From contig OY843751.1 of the NCBI GenBank assembly GCA_963693055.1, positions 6,208,001 through 6,272,000 of the forward strand: 64,000 nucleotides of DNA, read 5' to 3'. Under the pieces are notes generated by a model. The model was not told the origin of the DNA and did not search any database. It saw only the letters and a program-made list of their open reading frames with translations. The first letter of the stretch is position 1. Each line of letters begins with the position of its first letter. Shown here one piece after another: positions 63,383 through 64,000 of this stretch. A program made the translations under genes and the position numbers. The stretch is from a bacterium (GTDB lineage Bacteria > Zhuqueibacterota > Zhuqueibacteria > Residuimicrobiales > Krinioviventaceae).

Positions 63383-64000
63383 ATGAATAAAAGCAAATCA
63401 ATTTTTCAGGCATCTGTCTTAATTGTAATCGGTTCGTTATCTAGTCGAATATTGGGTTTTATACGTGAGATTTTGATTGCAAAACGATTTGGTGTCAGTG
63501 CAGAATATGATATTTTTTTAGTTGCTACAACAATTCCAATAATTTTAGTAAGTGTTTTTTTATATGCTATTCCTGGCGGATTTATACCACAATATCTTGA
63601 ATTAAAAGTAAATCAGACAGAGAATTCTGCAGAGCGGTTTTATTCTAATTTTCTTACAATATTTTTATTTTTTTTTCTTGTTGCTTCTGTCGTATTGTGT
63701 TTGATGGCTCCTGTTATAATGAGAGCGTATTTCCCTACTAGTGTTGAAGCGGATTTAGATAAAGCCATTTATATTTTTCGTATTGCCTCCTTTTTTGTTC
63801 TATTTGGAGGTATATTTTCAGTTGTCAAGAGCGTATTGACTGCTAATAAAATATTCCTGTTGCCTGCATTTGCTCCTGGTTTTCACAATATATCAATAAT
63901 TTTTTTCATAATCTCTTTATCAGCATCATTTGGTATCTTTGCCTTGGTAATTGGGTTTTTGATTGGCTATTTTATTCAAATGATTCTAGTTCTTTTACAA
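63383..64000 (+). CDS. MurJ/MviN-family lipid flippase (3'-truncated by the window edge)
   Basis: Not in the ORF track. Translates as MNKSKSIFQAS...SRILGFIREILIAKRFG...DIFLVATTIP, the MviN N-terminal signature. Confidence 0.85.
   Translation, partial: MNKSKSIFQASVLIVIGSLSSRILGFIREILIAKRFGVSAEYDIFLVATTIPIILVSVFLYAIPGGFIPQYLELKVNQTENSAERFYSNFLTIFLFFFLVASVVLCLMAPVIMRAYFPTSVEADLDKAIYIFRIASFFVLFGGIFSVVKSVLTANKIFLLPAFAPGFHNISIIFFIISLSASFGIFALVIGFLIGYFIQMILVLLQ

Overview
Bacterial chromosomal segment, probably from an FCB-superphylum organism such as KSB1, Calditrichota or Ignavibacteria. This is inferred from the 'NYPNPFN'-type C-terminal secretion domains, PorU-like sortases and the yggS-yggT-divIVA-PNP-mtnP-ileS-lspA gene order. 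The left ~39 kb is an accessory, glycan-foraging region: GH92, GH78, GH2, GH106-like and two tandem sialate O-acetylesterases. It is interspersed with a frameshifted REP-associated tyrosine transposase (RAYT) flanked by structurally covarying double-hairpin repeats, a repeat-bounded AT-rich island (GmrSD-type nuclease, a membrane-protein gene split by an IS3, and an IS256), an ECF sigma-FecR-TonB receptor-radical SAM-lipoprotein module, and an outer-membrane-protein pseudogene. The right part holds a HAD/VOC/porin/fetAB/rseC run, two tandem PorU-like T9SS sortases with mosaic identity, a housekeeping operon (ileS with a swapped GIHH motif, a PNP with a remodelled base pocket), an OPT transporter and the start of a polysaccharide locus (Wzz-like, MurJ-like). 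No rRNA, tRNA or CRISPR array was seen. All family calls come from motif recognition by eye, not database searches.
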